From Eubacteriales bacterium (lineage in GTDB: Bacteria; Bacillota; Clostridia; Oscillospirales; CAG-272): a stretch of 64,000 nucleotides of DNA. Within the stretch, counting starts at the first letter, position 1. Every line of letters starts with the position of its first letter. The notes below the pieces were generated by a model, which saw only the letters and a list, made by a program, of their open reading frames with translations, was not told the DNA's origin and made no database searches. This document shows, one piece after another, positions 62,222-64,000 of this stretch. Location of the stretch: NCBI GenBank assembly GCA_045656885.1, contig JAZORZ010000001.1, positions 12,366-76,365 on the forward strand, given 5' to 3'. The translations under genes and the position numbers were made by a program.

Positions 62222-62716
62222 TTATTCAATCGCACTCACACAGTCGCAATCCAAAAGGGAAGTGACGTACCCCTCGATTTTTGCAGGATCTTTCCAGATC
62301 GCTTTGCCCGAAAGAATGACCGTTACCTTTTTGGGGCGCATTTCCGTGCCCGTGCCTGCCCATTCCACGCGCACGCGCAGATCGTCCTCGGCAATGGCAA
62401 ACTCTTGGCAAAGCGTTTGCTTCAGCATCCCTTCAAAGTATGCAAACGAGGCATCATCAAGCGCATTTTGCAGCTCGGAAGAATAATGATCCTCAACATC
62501 TTCCTCAAGTTCAAACTCCCAATTTCCGTTTGCAAAATCTTGCAGCTTTTGGGCAAGAGAGACGGTCGGGGAGATCAAAACACAAATAAACACAAGTGAA
62601 GAGACAAGCTTGAGATGCTTGGTTGCTCCACCGCTTGAGGGTGCGAGAATGTCTGCCACCGTAATGAGGAGCGCGGTGGCGAAAATTGAAAGAATATATG
62701 CCTTGATATTTTCCAT
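62222..62716 (-). CDS. spoIIIAF: Stage III sporulation protein AF
   Basis: Two N-terminal TM helices (YILSIFATALLITVADILAP..., LVSSLVFICVLISP), plus size and position between AE and AG. Confidence 0.75.
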   Translation of the reverse strand: MENIKAYILSIFATALLITVADILAPSSGGATKHLKLVSSLVFICVLISPTVSLAQKLQDFANGNWEFELEEDVEDHYSSELQNALDDASFAYFEGMLKQTLCQEFAIAEDDLRVRVEWAGTGTEMRPKKVTVILSGKAIWKDPAKIEGYVTSLLDCDCVSAIE

Positions 62717-62719
62717 AGG

Positions 62720-63865
62720 TCAAGCAAGCGCCACGGCGCAGTGTGTTAAGAGCGTAAAGGAGAGAAAGAGAACCGAGGAGCAAATGGCAACCGCCGCAAT
62801 CAGGTATCCGTTAATTGATGCAAATTCGTCAAGCAACCGCTTTTCACCGTCGCACCCCAAAAGCTCGGCAAAAAAGGAGCAAATTTGCCACGTTGTGCGT
62901 GCGAGCAAAAGCTCTACCAGTGTGGGGAGCATCAAAAACAGCAGCAAAAGAACGCCGCAAATGCCAACCGAGGTTCGCATATAGCCAACACTTGCACTTA
63001 CCGAGCGCAAAAGCTCGCCAACCGAACCGCCCACCACGGGGATCATATTTCCGGCGGCAAATTTTGCACTCCGCATGGCAAGCGTATCCTGACTTGCCCC
63101 AAGAACGGTTTGTGAGGAAAGCATCGCCAAAAGAAGCATCATAAAAAAGGAAAGCATCAGCGTGTATTTCTTTTTGAGCCCCGATAAAAGCCCACCCAAG
63201 CGCGGGCTGCCCTCGCAAGCCCCAATGAGGGCAAGTGCCAGGCAAATTCCGCAAAAGGGAACAATGCTTTTGCCAACGATCTCCTCAAGAACGGTCATGA
63301 ACAGGGAGAGCCCTGCCGAGGTTGCCACCGCCGCCGCGGCATTGCCGCCCATTACGTAAAGCCCACCCATGAGCGGCACAGATGCAGAAGTAAAGGCGTT
63401 GAGTGTCTCAAAATAAGAAACCGTTCCCTCAATCGTTCCAAATCCTGTTGCAAAAATGGTTACAACGACGATCAAGGTCATCAAAAAAGAGAATGCGCGC
63501 GCGACCTCGGGCTTTCCAAAGGACGTACAAAAGGCGCGACCGACAGAGGATAAAATCAAAATTCCCACAACCGATGCGAGTAATTTGAGGGAATCTCCCA
63601 AGCGCAAGCCCACCAAGGAAAGCACCGTTTTGCAGAGAAAAGAAAAGCTGCTCATCTCTCCAACTGCGCCGCCAACCTCTTCGGCATCATTTGAAAGAGC
63701 CCCCTCGGGGAGCCGCTCCAAGATGGCAGGGGGAAAATGCTCAAATAGCTTTTGATAAGCATCGGGGAGGGGATTGTCATTACCTTCTTCCGCCGCAAAC
63801 GCAACGGGGGAGAGAAGTGACAAAAGAAGAATCAGTGAGAAGAAAGCCAAAACAAAACGCCGCAT
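62720..63865 (-). CDS. spoIIIAE: Stage III sporulation protein AE
   Basis: 381 aa. Signal peptide plus a multi-pass membrane protein with the characteristic Gly/Ala-rich helices (GNMIPVVGGSVGELLRSV). Confidence 0.85.
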   Translation of the reverse strand: MRRFVLAFFSLILLLSLLSPVAFAAEEGNDNPLPDAYQKLFEHFPPAILERLPEGALSNDAEEVGGAVGEMSSFSFLCKTVLSLVGLRLGDSLKLLASVVGILILSSVGRAFCTSFGKPEVARAFSFLMTLIVVVTIFATGFGTIEGTVSYFETLNAFTSASVPLMGGLYVMGGNAAAAVATSAGLSLFMTVLEEIVGKSIVPFCGICLALALIGACEGSPRLGGLLSGLKKKYTLMLSFFMMLLLAMLSSQTVLGASQDTLAMRSAKFAAGNMIPVVGGSVGELLRSVSASVGYMRTSVGICGVLLLLFLMLPTLVELLLARTTWQICSFFAELLGCDGEKRLLDEFASINGYLIAAVAICSSVLFLSFTLLTHCAVALA

Positions 63866-63868
63866 GCA

Positions 63869-64000
63869 CTATCCCCCCATATCCAAAAGCTTTTGCGCGA
63901 TGGAAAGGATCTGGCGAATGAGCGGAATACACAAAAGCAGAAGCTCCACCTTTCCAACCGTTTCAATATGCGAGGCAAGGGTGCCCTCACCGCTATCGCG
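63869..64000 (-). CDS. spoIIIAD: Stage III sporulation protein AD (3' end only; continues beyond the window)
   Basis: The minus-strand frame reads ...RDSGEGTLASHIETVGKVELLLLCIPLIRQILSIAQKLLDMGG stop. This resembles the SpoIIIAD C-terminus. The TAG stop lies 3 nt before the spoIIIAE ATG. Confidence 0.7.
   Translation of the reverse strand, partial: RDSGEGTLASHIETVGKVELLLLCIPLIRQILSIAQKLLDMGG

Overview
The window looks like chromosomal DNA from a spore-forming anaerobic Firmicute (Clostridia-like). It is densely coded, with about 54 CDS. I found no rRNA, tRNA, CRISPR array or transposase. The evidence for the taxonomic call is spo0A, spoIIIAD-AG, a dacB-like gene, a ytfI/gerW pair and the anaerobic nrdDG genes.

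Recognisable blocks, in order:
- two tandem paralogous lipoproteins, then metF
- a minus-strand operon: rlmB, a degenerate P-type-ATPase-like protein, and a fused radical-SAM protein
- spo0A
- dacB-like, rluB-like
- lon, ysxC, an M50 protease, scpA, scpB, ytfI, and a giant GerW-repeat protein
- uvrBA
- an amino-acid ABC transporter whose binding protein appears circularly permuted
- a roughly 10 kb operon covering all seven shikimate steps (two gene fusions) plus metY and metA
- nrdDG behind tandem NrdR boxes
- a cassette with two SipW-type signal peptidases around a TasA/BsaA-like subunit and a membrane-anchored paralog
- nadE
- an AT-richer islet (S51 peptidase, APH-family kinase), then an SDR
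- ylxM-ffh-rpsP-KH
- a repeat-rich junction carrying an XRE regulator
- the distal spoIIIA operon

The best candidates for something new are:
- the two-SipW fibre-like cassette, whose anchored paralog has a uL15-like cytoplasmic tail
- the 1157-aa GerW-repeat sporulation protein
- the catalytically dead P-type ATPase homolog
- the permuted solute-binding protein
- at least four families of small palindromic intergenic repeats whose stems covary

All functional calls come from reading the translations by eye for motifs. No database search was run.
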